Shown piece by piece: positions 19,932 to 29,279 of a stretch of 64,000 bases of DNA. Below the pieces are notes generated by a model. That model had not been told where the DNA came from. It saw only the letters and a program-made list of their open reading frames with translations, and did not search any database. Every line of letters starts with the position of its first letter. Position 1 is the stretch's first letter. The stretch spans positions 832,001-896,000 of the forward strand of contig JBBCJC010000001.1 of the NCBI GenBank assembly GCA_037189525.1, read 5' to 3'. A program made the position numbers and the translations under genes. The DNA is from Gemmatimonadales bacterium. Lineage in GTDB: Bacteria > Gemmatimonadota > Gemmatimonadetes > Gemmatimonadales > GWC2-71-9.

Positions 19932-21079
19932 GTGTGCCATTCCGGCGCTTCTGGCACGGCGCTGCCCTGGCAGTTGTCCCACTCGTCCTGACGGTAGCGG
20001 GTTGCGGAGATTCGGAGTACCGACTCGACCCCGATACCCGTGGACCGACGATAACGCTGATCGACTCGACGGCGCTGCTCATTCCGACGGACTTTGGGGT
20101 CGATCCCGAACTAGTCCCATCACGGATCGGACAGGGATATCTCATCACCGATCGATTCCAGTTCCGGACCTATCGTTTCGACAGCACAGGCAAAGCAATC
20201 GGGACATTCCCGGTTCGCCCCTCCCCCGACCCGGGAGTTGAGGCTTCACCCGCCATTGTCCTGGCGGGCGATTCACTGATCGCAGTCCACGATTGGCGCG
20301 ACGAAGTCCTGCGAGTCTTCCATCTGGAATCCGGTGCGCGCCGTTACCAGGTGCGCGCACCATTTCGAATGGGGCACGCGGGCTGGGCCGCGAACGGGAG
20401 CGAGATCCTGATCGGTACCGGGTTTATCGGAACATCGATTGCCCGCTGGCCGGGAACGCAAGAGGATCCTGTGCTGGTGGGATCAATGCCTCGACGCCTG
20501 CTCGAATCACCACGTGTATACTTCCGATACGGAGGTACCGGCATTACGACCATCGATTCATCGCTCGTTCTCGCATTGCCGACCGAACCAGGAATCAGAA
20601 TTCTGATGTTGGACGGTGCTCTGGTTGATGGGATCGTCGTTCCCGCGGTTCGTCGCAAGGGAACGCCGGCTGGACTGCTCGAGCGTGAGAAACCGATCAA
20701 ACAGGAACGACGGTTTCATACTACCGGGTCGACCATCGGGGGCCTGCACCGCCGCGCTGACGGCGGTCTGCTGATTCACTATCTCGACTGGGATCAAGTC
20801 GGCCATGATTCGCTGGCAGTCCGTCCCGTGGGTCCACTTTGGGGCAACTATCATTCCTACTTGACGCTGCTCTCCCCAGACAGAACGCAGCTGTGTATCG
20901 ATGGCCACATCCCGGCACCCAGCGACCATCGCCATAGCATGATGACGCGTGGTGATACTTTGGAGTTGTTCGCCCGGCGCGACACCATACCGGGCCATGT
21001 CCGAGTCACCATTTACCGGTACCTCGTGTCGACCGAGGGATGCGACTGGGTCGACGCGCCGCGCTGGCAACCTGATTGA
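19928..21079 (+). CDS. Beta-propeller-like lipoprotein, paralog 1
   Basis: ATGA overlap with the tpm stop; VAGC lipobox; 383 aa. Confidence 0.8.
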   Translation: MSVPFRRFWHGAALAVVPLVLTVAGCGDSEYRLDPDTRGPTITLIDSTALLIPTDFGVDPELVPSRIGQGYLITDRFQFRTYRFDSTGKAIGTFPVRPSPDPGVEASPAIVLAGDSLIAVHDWRDEVLRVFHLESGARRYQVRAPFRMGHAGWAANGSEILIGTGFIGTSIARWPGTQEDPVLVGSMPRRLLESPRVYFRYGGTGITTIDSSLVLALPTEPGIRILMLDGALVDGIVVPAVRRKGTPAGLLEREKPIKQERRFHTTGSTIGGLHRRADGGLLIHYLDWDQVGHDSLAVRPVGPLWGNYHSYLTLLSPDRTQLCIDGHIPAPSDHRHSMMTRGDTLELFARRDTIPGHVRVTIYRYLVSTEGCDWVDAPRWQPD

Positions 21080-21152
21080 GATCAGCAGGAATGTCTGTTT
21101 CTGTTCCGACAAATGTTGACGGCGACCGAGCCGGCCCGTCTCTGACTTCGAG

Positions 21153-22304
21153 ATGAACATGTTGTCCCGGCACCTCCGTCACAGCACCGTTCTGGCCGTC
21201 ATCACATTCATTCCGGTTGTGATGGGCTGCGGAGGTTCGGATTACCGACTGGACCCGAACACTAACGGTCCGACGATAACGCTGATCGACTCGACGGCGC
21301 TGCTCATCCCGATGGATTTCGAGATCGGCCCTGAGCTACTCCCGTCACGGGTCGGAGAGAAGTATCTCCTCACCGATCGATTCCAGTTCCGGACCCACCG
21401 TTTCGACAGTTCAGGCAAGGCAATCGGGACGTTCCTGGTTCGTCCTTCTCCCAAACCGGCGAATACAGCCTCTCCTGCCATTGCCCTGCCGGGCGATTCA
21501 CTAGTCGCCGTCCACGACCGGCATGACGAAGTTCTGCGAGTCTTCCACATCGAATCCGGTGCGCTCCGTTACCAGGTGCGTGCACCGTTTCAAACAGGAA
21601 GGGCAGGATGGACCGCGAACGGAAGCGAGATCCTGATCGGCACAGAGTTTATCGAGACATCGATTGCCCGCTGGTCAGGAACACGAGAGGATCCTGTACT
21701 GGTAGGATCGATGCCTCAGCGCCTGCTCGAAGCACGGCCCGTGTATCGCAGCTATGGAGGTACCGGTATTGCAGCAACCGATTCGTCCGTCATCCTGGCA
21801 CTGCCGACCGAACGGGGGATTCGGATTCTGACATTGGACGGCGCCCTGGTCGAAGGCATCGTCATTCCCGCAATTCGTCGCAAAGGCTCGCCGGCTGGAC
21901 TACTCGAACAGGAAAGAAAACAGCGGACCGAACGGTTTTTCCATACGATGGGATCGACCACCGGGAGCTTGCATCGCCGCACCGACGGAGGACTGCTGAT
22001 TCACTACCTCGACTGGGATCAAATCGGTCACGATTCGCTGAGAGTCCATGCGGTTGGCCAGCTTCTGGGCAACTACCATTCCTACTTGACCCTGCTATCC
22101 CCCGACCGAACCCGGCTTTGCATCGATGGCCATATCCCGGCACCCAGCGACTATCGCCATAGCATGATGACGCGCGGTGATACCTTGGAGTTGCTCACCC
22201 GGCGAGATACGGTGCCGGGCCACACCCGAGTCACCATATACCGGTATCTCGTCTCCACCGAAGGATGCGACTGGGTCGACGCGCCGCGCTGGCAACCCGA
22301 CTAG
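21153..22304 (+). CDS. Beta-propeller-like lipoprotein, paralog 2 (tandem duplicate)
   Basis: VMGC lipobox; 383 aa; colinear with 19928-21079 and identical C-terminus YRYLVSTEGCDWVDAPRWQPD. Confidence 0.82.
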   Translation: MNMLSRHLRHSTVLAVITFIPVVMGCGGSDYRLDPNTNGPTITLIDSTALLIPMDFEIGPELLPSRVGEKYLLTDRFQFRTHRFDSSGKAIGTFLVRPSPKPANTASPAIALPGDSLVAVHDRHDEVLRVFHIESGALRYQVRAPFQTGRAGWTANGSEILIGTEFIETSIARWSGTREDPVLVGSMPQRLLEARPVYRSYGGTGIAATDSSVILALPTERGIRILTLDGALVEGIVIPAIRRKGSPAGLLEQERKQRTERFFHTMGSTTGSLHRRTDGGLLIHYLDWDQIGHDSLRVHAVGQLLGNYHSYLTLLSPDRTRLCIDGHIPAPSDYRHSMMTRGDTLELLTRRDTVPGHTRVTIYRYLVSTEGCDWVDAPRWQPD

Positions 22305-22422
22305 GGCGCCGAATAGCATTGCCCCTTTACGACTGCTTGCCTGACGGGTAACGTCCGGAAACGCGCACATCCAGCCCTACCCGAGATCGTGCGCAGCGTC
22401 CCGATATGCAACCGAGGACCGG

Positions 22423-23526
22423 ATGACCTCTACCATCGCTGCTCGCGCGCTCACTGTGCTGGGTATGGCCCTCGTCACGGCCTGCTCCGCCGCGGACTCC
22501 GGCTCGGGAGATCAATCTCCCCTGGTCCTGATTGATTCGACCAATATTGCCGAGACGGACTCAACGATGCTCGGGTCCTACGCCTACCTGAGCTCCGGAC
22601 CCGATGGCAGCATTCTGATTGCCGACCCCGATGCAGGTCGCCTGCTTCACTACGCCAAGTCCGGAGCGTTTCTCCGCACCTTCGGCCGCAAGGGCGCGGG
22701 CCCGGGAGAAATGCAAAGTGCCATGACGGCGTTCCCTTTGCCGGGCGACTCGCTTCTGGCAGCTCTCGATGTCCGTCAGAGCGCCTTTTCGATCTTTGAC
22801 CTCGCCACCGGCGCCTTCCGGCGACGGGTTCGCGCACCGGTTCAAGCGGTCGGAACCAACTGGATCCGGCGTGGTGACACCGTGATCGTCGCCGTCAATG
22901 TCGCACCGGCGATCTTCGCAAAATGGGACACCAGAAGCGATAACATTGCCACGTTTGGAAGACCTCCCGCCGCGGCATCGACCCATCCCCATCTGTACAT
23001 GCTCTACGGCTTCCAGAACGTCGCCCTGCTCGGCGATCGTCTCGTTGCGCAGCTACCGATGGTTCCGGGGATCGTGTTTCTCGATGCCGACGGGACGATG
23101 ACCAGCGGATTGACCTATCCGCCCAAGGGAAGCCGAGGTGTTCCGGCCGACCTCGTCGCCCGACATGGGCCCGTTCCCGATCCGACGGCGCCGATGCTGG
23201 GGTCGTCGGCCATCGGCTTGCACGTGCTGCCATCCGGACACGTCGCTACGCTGACGCTGGAATACGACCGTCCCGATAAGCCGGAGACGATCCGCTTCTT
23301 CCTGACGCTCGTCGATGTCGATCGGAAGCAGGCTTGTGTCGACATCCCGCTGCCGGTGGCCACCGATGCCATGCTGCCGCTCCCGATCTTCCAGAACGGC
23401 CAGGTTCTCTTCCTCGCCCGGCACCTGGATGCAGGCACCAACCTCCGGTCCGTCCTCTATCGCTACCGGATCGACCCGAGCGCCTGTTCGTGGACCGCCG
23501 CAACCGAAACGGCCGCCCCCAGCTGA
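22423..23526 (+). CDS. 6-bladed beta-propeller lipoprotein (distant paralog)
   Basis: VTAC lipobox; GAFLRTFGRKGAGPGE; C-terminal Cys pair shared with the two upstream genes. Confidence 0.8.
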   Translation: MTSTIAARALTVLGMALVTACSAADSGSGDQSPLVLIDSTNIAETDSTMLGSYAYLSSGPDGSILIADPDAGRLLHYAKSGAFLRTFGRKGAGPGEMQSAMTAFPLPGDSLLAALDVRQSAFSIFDLATGAFRRRVRAPVQAVGTNWIRRGDTVIVAVNVAPAIFAKWDTRSDNIATFGRPPAAASTHPHLYMLYGFQNVALLGDRLVAQLPMVPGIVFLDADGTMTSGLTYPPKGSRGVPADLVARHGPVPDPTAPMLGSSAIGLHVLPSGHVATLTLEYDRPDKPETIRFFLTLVDVDRKQACVDIPLPVATDAMLPLPIFQNGQVLFLARHLDAGTNLRSVLYRYRIDPSACSWTAATETAAPS

Positions 23527-23754
23527 GGATCCGAACACAGGCCAGCCGTCGCGTGGCACTGCCGCCCCTTGGAACCCACGGCAAAGACCGTGGGTCACAT
23601 CGGACTGTCATCACCCCGTAATGTTGATGTCATGCAGGGGCCACCTGCATTTCCAAGATTAGAGAGATACCCCTGCGTCCCTTTTCAGGGTTGGGGCATC
23701 CTAGGCACACCGCTCCCGTTTGGCGCACCTAACCGACCCGTGGCCCAAGGCTCC

Positions 23755-25059
23755 ATGGCTCTACGATCTATTACCCTTGCCGTCATACTTGGCATCGCGA
23801 TCCCGCACCCGGGGCACGCGCAAGATCGACGAATGACCTTACGGGAAGCCCTGGAGCGCGCCGAGCGGGTCGACCCCCAGGTCGTTCAGGCACTCGGCGC
23901 GTATCGCAATACCTCGGCTGCCGTGCGAACCGCCTACGGCCAGTTCCTTCCGGACCTCCGTGCCACCGCGACCTGGGGCACCAGCTTTTCCGATGGTCCG
24001 TCGCGGCTCGATCCGACCACCAACGAAGTGCTGCCCGGGGGCACCACCAACTCGAGTCTCAACCTCGGCGCCAGCGCGACCTATGACCTGTTCACCGGGT
24101 TCCGCCGCGGCCGGGATCTCACCGCCGCCAAGGCGTCCCGCGCCCAGGCCGATGCCACCGTCGACTATCAGCGCGCCCAGAACCGGCTCCGCACCACGAG
24201 GGCATTCATCGACGCAGCCCAGACGGCACAGCTCGTGGCGGTACGACGCGAAGCGATTCGGCGCGCCGAGGAACAGTTCCAGATCGCGATTGCCCGGCTG
24301 GCGACCCGGGCCGCCAACGTCGCCGACTCCCTGACAGCTACCGTCACCCTGAACGAAGCCCGCCTGCGACTCGCCTCCGAAGAACGACAGCTTGCCGCGA
24401 CCGAGGCGAGTCTGGGCCGGCTGATCGGCGAGGACGGCCGGGTGGTCGCGGTGACCGACTCGACCCTGTTCGGCGTCGCCGATGTGGCCGACACCAATGC
24501 CTTGCGCGCCGAGGCAATCAGGCAAGCTCCGCATGTGGTGCGCACCGAGGCGGCGGAGGACGCGGCCGCCGCCAACCTGAGCGCGGCCAAGTCACTCTAT
24601 TTTCCGAGTCTCAACCTGACGGCCAACACCTCGTTTGCCGGCAGCCGGTTCAACGATTATCAGCTCTACAACAGTCGCTCGCTGGGGCTCGGCCTGAGCT
24701 ACCCGCTGTTCAACCGCTTCCAGCGCGAGCAGCAGATTGCCGGCCGGCGGAGCGACTACGAATCGGCTGCTGCGCAGGCAGCCGACGCTCGCCGGGAGGT
24801 GGGCGCAACCCTCACGACCCAGCTTGCGGCCCTTCGCGCGGCGGAGGTTCGGGTCACCACGGCGTTTGCCAACCTCGACGCGGCGCGCGCGCTGGTTCGG
24901 GTCCAGTTGGAGCGCTACCGGATCGGGTCGCTGACCATCGATGTGCTGAGTCGGGCGCAGGAGCAACTCGACGCGGCCGAAGCCGAAGCGGTGCGGGCGC
25001 GGTTCGAGTATGTACTTGCCAAAGCCGAGATCGAAGCCCTGATCGGGAGGACGTTGTGA
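23755..25059 (+). CDS. TolC-family outer membrane efflux protein
   Basis: Start ATG 23755; signal peptide; two repeats (FLPDL..YDLFTG; YFPSL..YPLFNR); ERYRIG; C-terminal LIG. Confidence 0.9.
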   Translation: MALRSITLAVILGIAIPHPGHAQDRRMTLREALERAERVDPQVVQALGAYRNTSAAVRTAYGQFLPDLRATATWGTSFSDGPSRLDPTTNEVLPGGTTNSSLNLGASATYDLFTGFRRGRDLTAAKASRAQADATVDYQRAQNRLRTTRAFIDAAQTAQLVAVRREAIRRAEEQFQIAIARLATRAANVADSLTATVTLNEARLRLASEERQLAATEASLGRLIGEDGRVVAVTDSTLFGVADVADTNALRAEAIRQAPHVVRTEAAEDAAAANLSAAKSLYFPSLNLTANTSFAGSRFNDYQLYNSRSLGLGLSYPLFNRFQREQQIAGRRSDYESAAAQAADARREVGATLTTQLAALRAAEVRVTTAFANLDAARALVRVQLERYRIGSLTIDVLSRAQEQLDAAEAEAVRARFEYVLAKAEIEALIGRTL

Positions 25060-26198
25060 AGCGAACCCTAACGGGCGCGGCGCTGCTGCGCACCTTGATC
25101 GCCGTCGCGCTGCCGCTATTCGTGGCTACCGGCTGCACCAAAGCCGAACCGGATGGCGGCAGCAGCGCCGAGGGCGAGGACGGCGCCGAGTCGGGCGGTA
25201 GCAACGTCACCCTCCCCGTGGTGGGCCAGGCGGTCCGCAAGGGTGACCTGGTGCTCTCGATCGTGACGACGGGCCAGGTGCGCTCCGACGGCGTCGCGAT
25301 GCTCAAGAGCGAGACCACCGGGCCGATCACCGCCGTCAAAGTGCGCCCCGGCGATCGCGTCACCCAGGGGCAAGTGCTGGTCGAGGTCGACCCGCGCGAA
25401 CTCGATCTGGCCGTCGAGCAGGCCCAGGCATCCCTCGACGACGCCAAGCTCAGAGTCCTCGACAATGTCATCGGCGACTCGATCGTCACCGGTCGCGCTG
25501 TCACGGGCGAGCGGCTGCGCAGCGCCGAGATCCGCGCCGGCCTGGATAAGGCCAAGGCGGAACTCGAGCGGGCCAAATTGCAACGCGAGCGGGCCACCAT
25601 CGTGGCGCCGTTCAGCGGCGTGGTCGATGAGGTCAAGATCGCGGTCGGCGAACGGCTCAGCCAGGGCCAGGACATCGCCCGCATCGTGGATCTGTCGAAT
25701 CTTCGGGTCGAGGCCTCGGTGCTGGAGCACGACTTGCCGCTGATTCGCATCGGTGGTGACGCAACCGTCACCGCAGCTGCCGTAGCCGATCGTCCGATCA
25801 GCGGGCGGATCACGGCGATCCTGCCTATGGTCGACAGCACGACGCGAGCCGGCCGAGCCGTGGTGCGCATCGGGAACAACAGCGTGCTCCGCCCCGGCAT
25901 GTACGCCGACATCCGCCTCGAAGCCACTCGGCTGCCCGGTCGCGTCGTCGTACCGGCCTCGGCCGTGATCGAACGCGACGGACGCCCGCTCGTCTTCGTG
26001 GCGCGCGACGGGCGGGCGCAGTGGGTCTACATCTTCCCCGGTCGGAGCAACGGCCTGGAAACCGAAGTCCTTCCCGACAGCGCGACCGGTCAGATCCCGG
26101 TGGCCGCGGGAGACACCGTGCTGATCGAAGGCCACCTGACGCTGACGCACGACGCGCCGGTGCGCATGGTCGCTCGCCAGGAACGCGGCACGCCGTAA
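25056..26198 (+). CDS. RND periplasmic adaptor (MFP)
   Basis: VRPGDRVTQGQVL lipoyl motif; IVAPFSGVV; LRPGMYA; VPASAV. Confidence 0.92.
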   Translation: MKRTLTGAALLRTLIAVALPLFVATGCTKAEPDGGSSAEGEDGAESGGSNVTLPVVGQAVRKGDLVLSIVTTGQVRSDGVAMLKSETTGPITAVKVRPGDRVTQGQVLVEVDPRELDLAVEQAQASLDDAKLRVLDNVIGDSIVTGRAVTGERLRSAEIRAGLDKAKAELERAKLQRERATIVAPFSGVVDEVKIAVGERLSQGQDIARIVDLSNLRVEASVLEHDLPLIRIGGDATVTAAAVADRPISGRITAILPMVDSTTRAGRAVVRIGNNSVLRPGMYADIRLEATRLPGRVVVPASAVIERDGRPLVFVARDGRAQWVYIFPGRSNGLETEVLPDSATGQIPVAAGDTVLIEGHLTLTHDAPVRMVARQERGTP

Positions 26199-26213
26199 AG
26201 GGGCCAGCTCCGT

Positions 26214-29200
26214 ATGTCGATTGCCGCCACGGCCCTCAAACGGCCTGTCACGACCATTGCCGCCGTGCTGGCGCTGGTACTGCTCGGCGCGGTATCGCTG
26301 GGCAAGCTGCCGGTCTCGCTACTGCCGGACGTCCAATTGCCGGTCCTCACCATCCGGACCGCCTACCCGGGCGCGGCCCCCGAAGAAGTCTCGCGATTCA
26401 TTGCCGAGCAGATCGAAGAAGCGGTCGCGGCAACTCCGGGACTGGTCGAACTCAAATCGGTGAGCCGTACCGGCGAAGCGACGACCACGCTGCGTTTCAT
26501 GTGGGGCACCGATATGGCCACCACGGTGCTGCAGGTGCGCGAACGGCTCGACAACGCCCGCGCCCGCCTGCCCGAGCGCGCCGAGCGCCCGACCCTGCTG
26601 ACCAGCGACCCCGGCGAGCGTCCGATAGCCGTGCTGGGCCTGACCGGCAGCGGTGACCTGCGCAGCATTGCCCGCACCGCGCGCGACGTCCATGCCCGCC
26701 GCCTGGAGCAGTTGGCTGGAATCGCCAGTGTGGCCGTCGTGGGCGAACCCGAGGACGAAATCCGGGTCGAGATCGACCCCGAACGCACCAGGGCGTTAGG
26801 CATCACGCCCGACGACGTCGCCGCGGCGGTCCGCGCAGCAAACCCGCAGGCGCCGGGCGGCACCATTCGACGGGGACAGTTCCGCTATTCGCTGCGCGCG
26901 CTGACGGAGTTCCAGACGGTCGACGAGATCAGCAGCACGCCGGTCGGCCCGGCACGCAGCGGCATCACCCTGCGCGACGTCGGCAAGGTCTCACTCGGCA
27001 TTGCCGATCCGACCACGATCACGACCCTCGACTCCAAGGCGGCGGTCGGCCTCGTCGTCTATAAGGACGCGGGCGCCAACACCGTGGCCGTGACCCGCGA
27101 CATCTACGACGCCATCGACCTCCTCCGGGAGGAGTTCCCCGATCTCCAGATCAAGGTGGTCGCTGCGCAGGCGGAGTTCGTCAACGACGCCCTCTCGAAC
27201 CTGATCCAGGAAATCGTCTTCGGTGGCGCGCTGTCACTGCTGGTCATCCTGCTCTTCCTGCGCGACTGGCGCAGCTCGCTGACGATCGGGCTGATGGTGC
27301 CGCTGTCGGTCATGGTGGCGCTGACGCTGCTCCAGCTGATGGGTGTCACGATCAACATCCTGTCACTGGGCGGATTGGCCCTGGGCGTCGGGTTGCTGGT
27401 CGACAACGCAATCGTGGTGGCCGAGGTGACCAATCGGCACATGGAGAACGGTTTGGGAAGGGTGGAGGCGGCGCGAATCGGCACCGAAGAGGTGACCGGT
27501 CCGCTGATTGCCGGCACCCTCACCACCCTGCTCGTTTTTGGTCCGATCGTCTTCGTCGAAGGGCTGGCCGCGGCGCTCTTCCGTGACCTGTCGCTCAGCG
27601 TCGTGATGTCGGTCGGGGCGTCGCTGGTCCTGGCGCTGACGCTGATGCCGGTCCTGATGACCCGCGGTAAGGCCCCCGTCAAGAAAACGACACGCACCTC
27701 GACCGGTTTCCTCGGCGCGGCGGACCGGCTCGGCCATCGCCTCGAGCACTGGTACGAAGCGGGAATGCGCTGGTCGCTGGACCATCCCATCCCCGTCATT
27801 GCCATCTCGATTGCCGTCACGCTGTTCACGGTGGCCATCGCGAGCCGCCTGCCGCGCGAAATCCTCCCGCGCGTCGACGAAGGAATTGCGGTGGCATATC
27901 TCCGCCTTCCGGAAGGGACGGCTATCGAGGAGACCGCGCGCCAGTCGCGCCGGATCGAAGAAGCTGCCATCGGGCTTGGATCGTCGGGGATCTACAGCCG
28001 GATCGGCGTGGCCACGGACGAGGAGGTCCTGGCGGGCGCAGACCCTGGTACCTCCGCATCGGCGCAGTTGCTGCTGCCGGTCCCGAGCGGCATGGAAGCG
28101 GCGGCGTTTGCCGAGCGACTCCGCAAGTCGGTTCCGGACCTGGCGCGCGGCGGGCTGGCCATCGATCTGGCCGGGCAATCCGAATTCGGCAGCCTGATCG
28201 GACGCGAAGGGCGGCTGGTACGTGTGGAGGTGGCAGGTCCGCGGCTCGACGAGTCGGCCCGCTGGGCCGATGTGATCCGGGAAAAACTCAGCGATGTCAC
28301 CAGCCTGGCCGACGTTCGCGACGCCTACGCGGGTACGCAGCCGACAGTCGAAGTGACGCTCGACCGGGCGCAGATGGCACGGCTCGGCGTCACGGCCGAT
28401 CAGGTCGCCAACACACTGGCGGGCGGGCTGGGTGGGGTTGCCTCGGGCGATTTCCGCGAAACCGATCGCCGCACCCCGATCCGGGTCCGATTCACCGGGT
28501 CCTATAACGAAGATCTCCAGACCGCGTTGGCCGTGCCGATTCGCGGCGTTCCGGTCGGGCAACTGGTCTCGGTGGCGGACATTCGCGCGCCGATCGAAGT
28601 CGTGCGTATCAACCAGCGCCCGGTCAGCGTGGTCGAAGCGGTTGCGGAGGAGGGAGGACTGACCCGCGCAACCCGCGATGTGCAACGCGTGCTAGCCGAC
28701 GTGGACCTGCCCCCTGGCGTGGACGTGACCCTGGGCGGCGCCGAGGCGGAGCAGCAGCGGACTACCAGCCAGCTGATGCTGGTGGCAGTGCTGTCGGTTG
28801 CGCTGGTGTTTCTCGTGCTTGCCGGAGAGTTCGCATCGTTCTCGACGCCGCTCGTCGTTCTGCTCACCGTGCCTTTGGCCGGGGCCGGCGGTATCCTCTT
28901 CCTCTGGCTGACCGGCCAGAGCATCAACGCCGTCGCGCTGATCGGCATCGTGGTAATGATCGGCATGGCTGACAACGAGGCCGTGGTCAAACTCGATGCG
29001 ATCGGCCGATTCCGTGAACTGGGCCATTCGATCGACGATGCCATCGTGCTTGGCGGGCAACAACGGCTGCGCGCCATCGCGATGACCTCGATTACGACCA
29101 TTACCGGCGTGCTTCCGCTGGTCTTCGGATGGGGTACCGGCGGAGAGCTCTATCAGCCGCTGGCCGCGAGCGTCATCGGCGGCTCGATCACGGCGCTCCT

Positions 29201-29279
29201 GGTCACCTTCTTCCTGATGCCCACCGTGTACGCCATGGTCGAGCGCCGGAAGCTGGCGCGAGCCGAGCGCGCCGCATGA
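26214..29279 (+). CDS. RND efflux permease subunit 1
   Basis: LPVSLLPD; YPGAAPEEV; GLLVDNAIVV; RLRAIAMT; multiple TM segments. Confidence 0.93.
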   Translation: MSIAATALKRPVTTIAAVLALVLLGAVSLGKLPVSLLPDVQLPVLTIRTAYPGAAPEEVSRFIAEQIEEAVAATPGLVELKSVSRTGEATTTLRFMWGTDMATTVLQVRERLDNARARLPERAERPTLLTSDPGERPIAVLGLTGSGDLRSIARTARDVHARRLEQLAGIASVAVVGEPEDEIRVEIDPERTRALGITPDDVAAAVRAANPQAPGGTIRRGQFRYSLRALTEFQTVDEISSTPVGPARSGITLRDVGKVSLGIADPTTITTLDSKAAVGLVVYKDAGANTVAVTRDIYDAIDLLREEFPDLQIKVVAAQAEFVNDALSNLIQEIVFGGALSLLVILLFLRDWRSSLTIGLMVPLSVMVALTLLQLMGVTINILSLGGLALGVGLLVDNAIVVAEVTNRHMENGLGRVEAARIGTEEVTGPLIAGTLTTLLVFGPIVFVEGLAAALFRDLSLSVVMSVGASLVLALTLMPVLMTRGKAPVKKTTRTSTGFLGAADRLGHRLEHWYEAGMRWSLDHPIPVIAISIAVTLFTVAIASRLPREILPRVDEGIAVAYLRLPEGTAIEETARQSRRIEEAAIGLGSSGIYSRIGVATDEEVLAGADPGTSASAQLLLPVPSGMEAAAFAERLRKSVPDLARGGLAIDLAGQSEFGSLIGREGRLVRVEVAGPRLDESARWADVIREKLSDVTSLADVRDAYAGTQPTVEVTLDRAQMARLGVTADQVANTLAGGLGGVASGDFRETDRRTPIRVRFTGSYNEDLQTALAVPIRGVPVGQLVSVADIRAPIEVVRINQRPVSVVEAVAEEGGLTRATRDVQRVLADVDLPPGVDVTLGGAEAEQQRTTSQLMLVAVLSVALVFLVLAGEFASFSTPLVVLLTVPLAGAGGILFLWLTGQSINAVALIGIVVMIGMADNEAVVKLDAIGRFRELGHSIDDAIVLGGQQRLRAIAMTSITTITGVLPLVFGWGTGGELYQPLAASVIGGSITALLVTFFLMPTVYAMVERRKLARAERAA

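Noticed and set aside
23527..23754. Precursor-peptide ORF between the lipoprotein array and TolC
   Set aside because: No short ORF with a convincing RBS or leader motif found.
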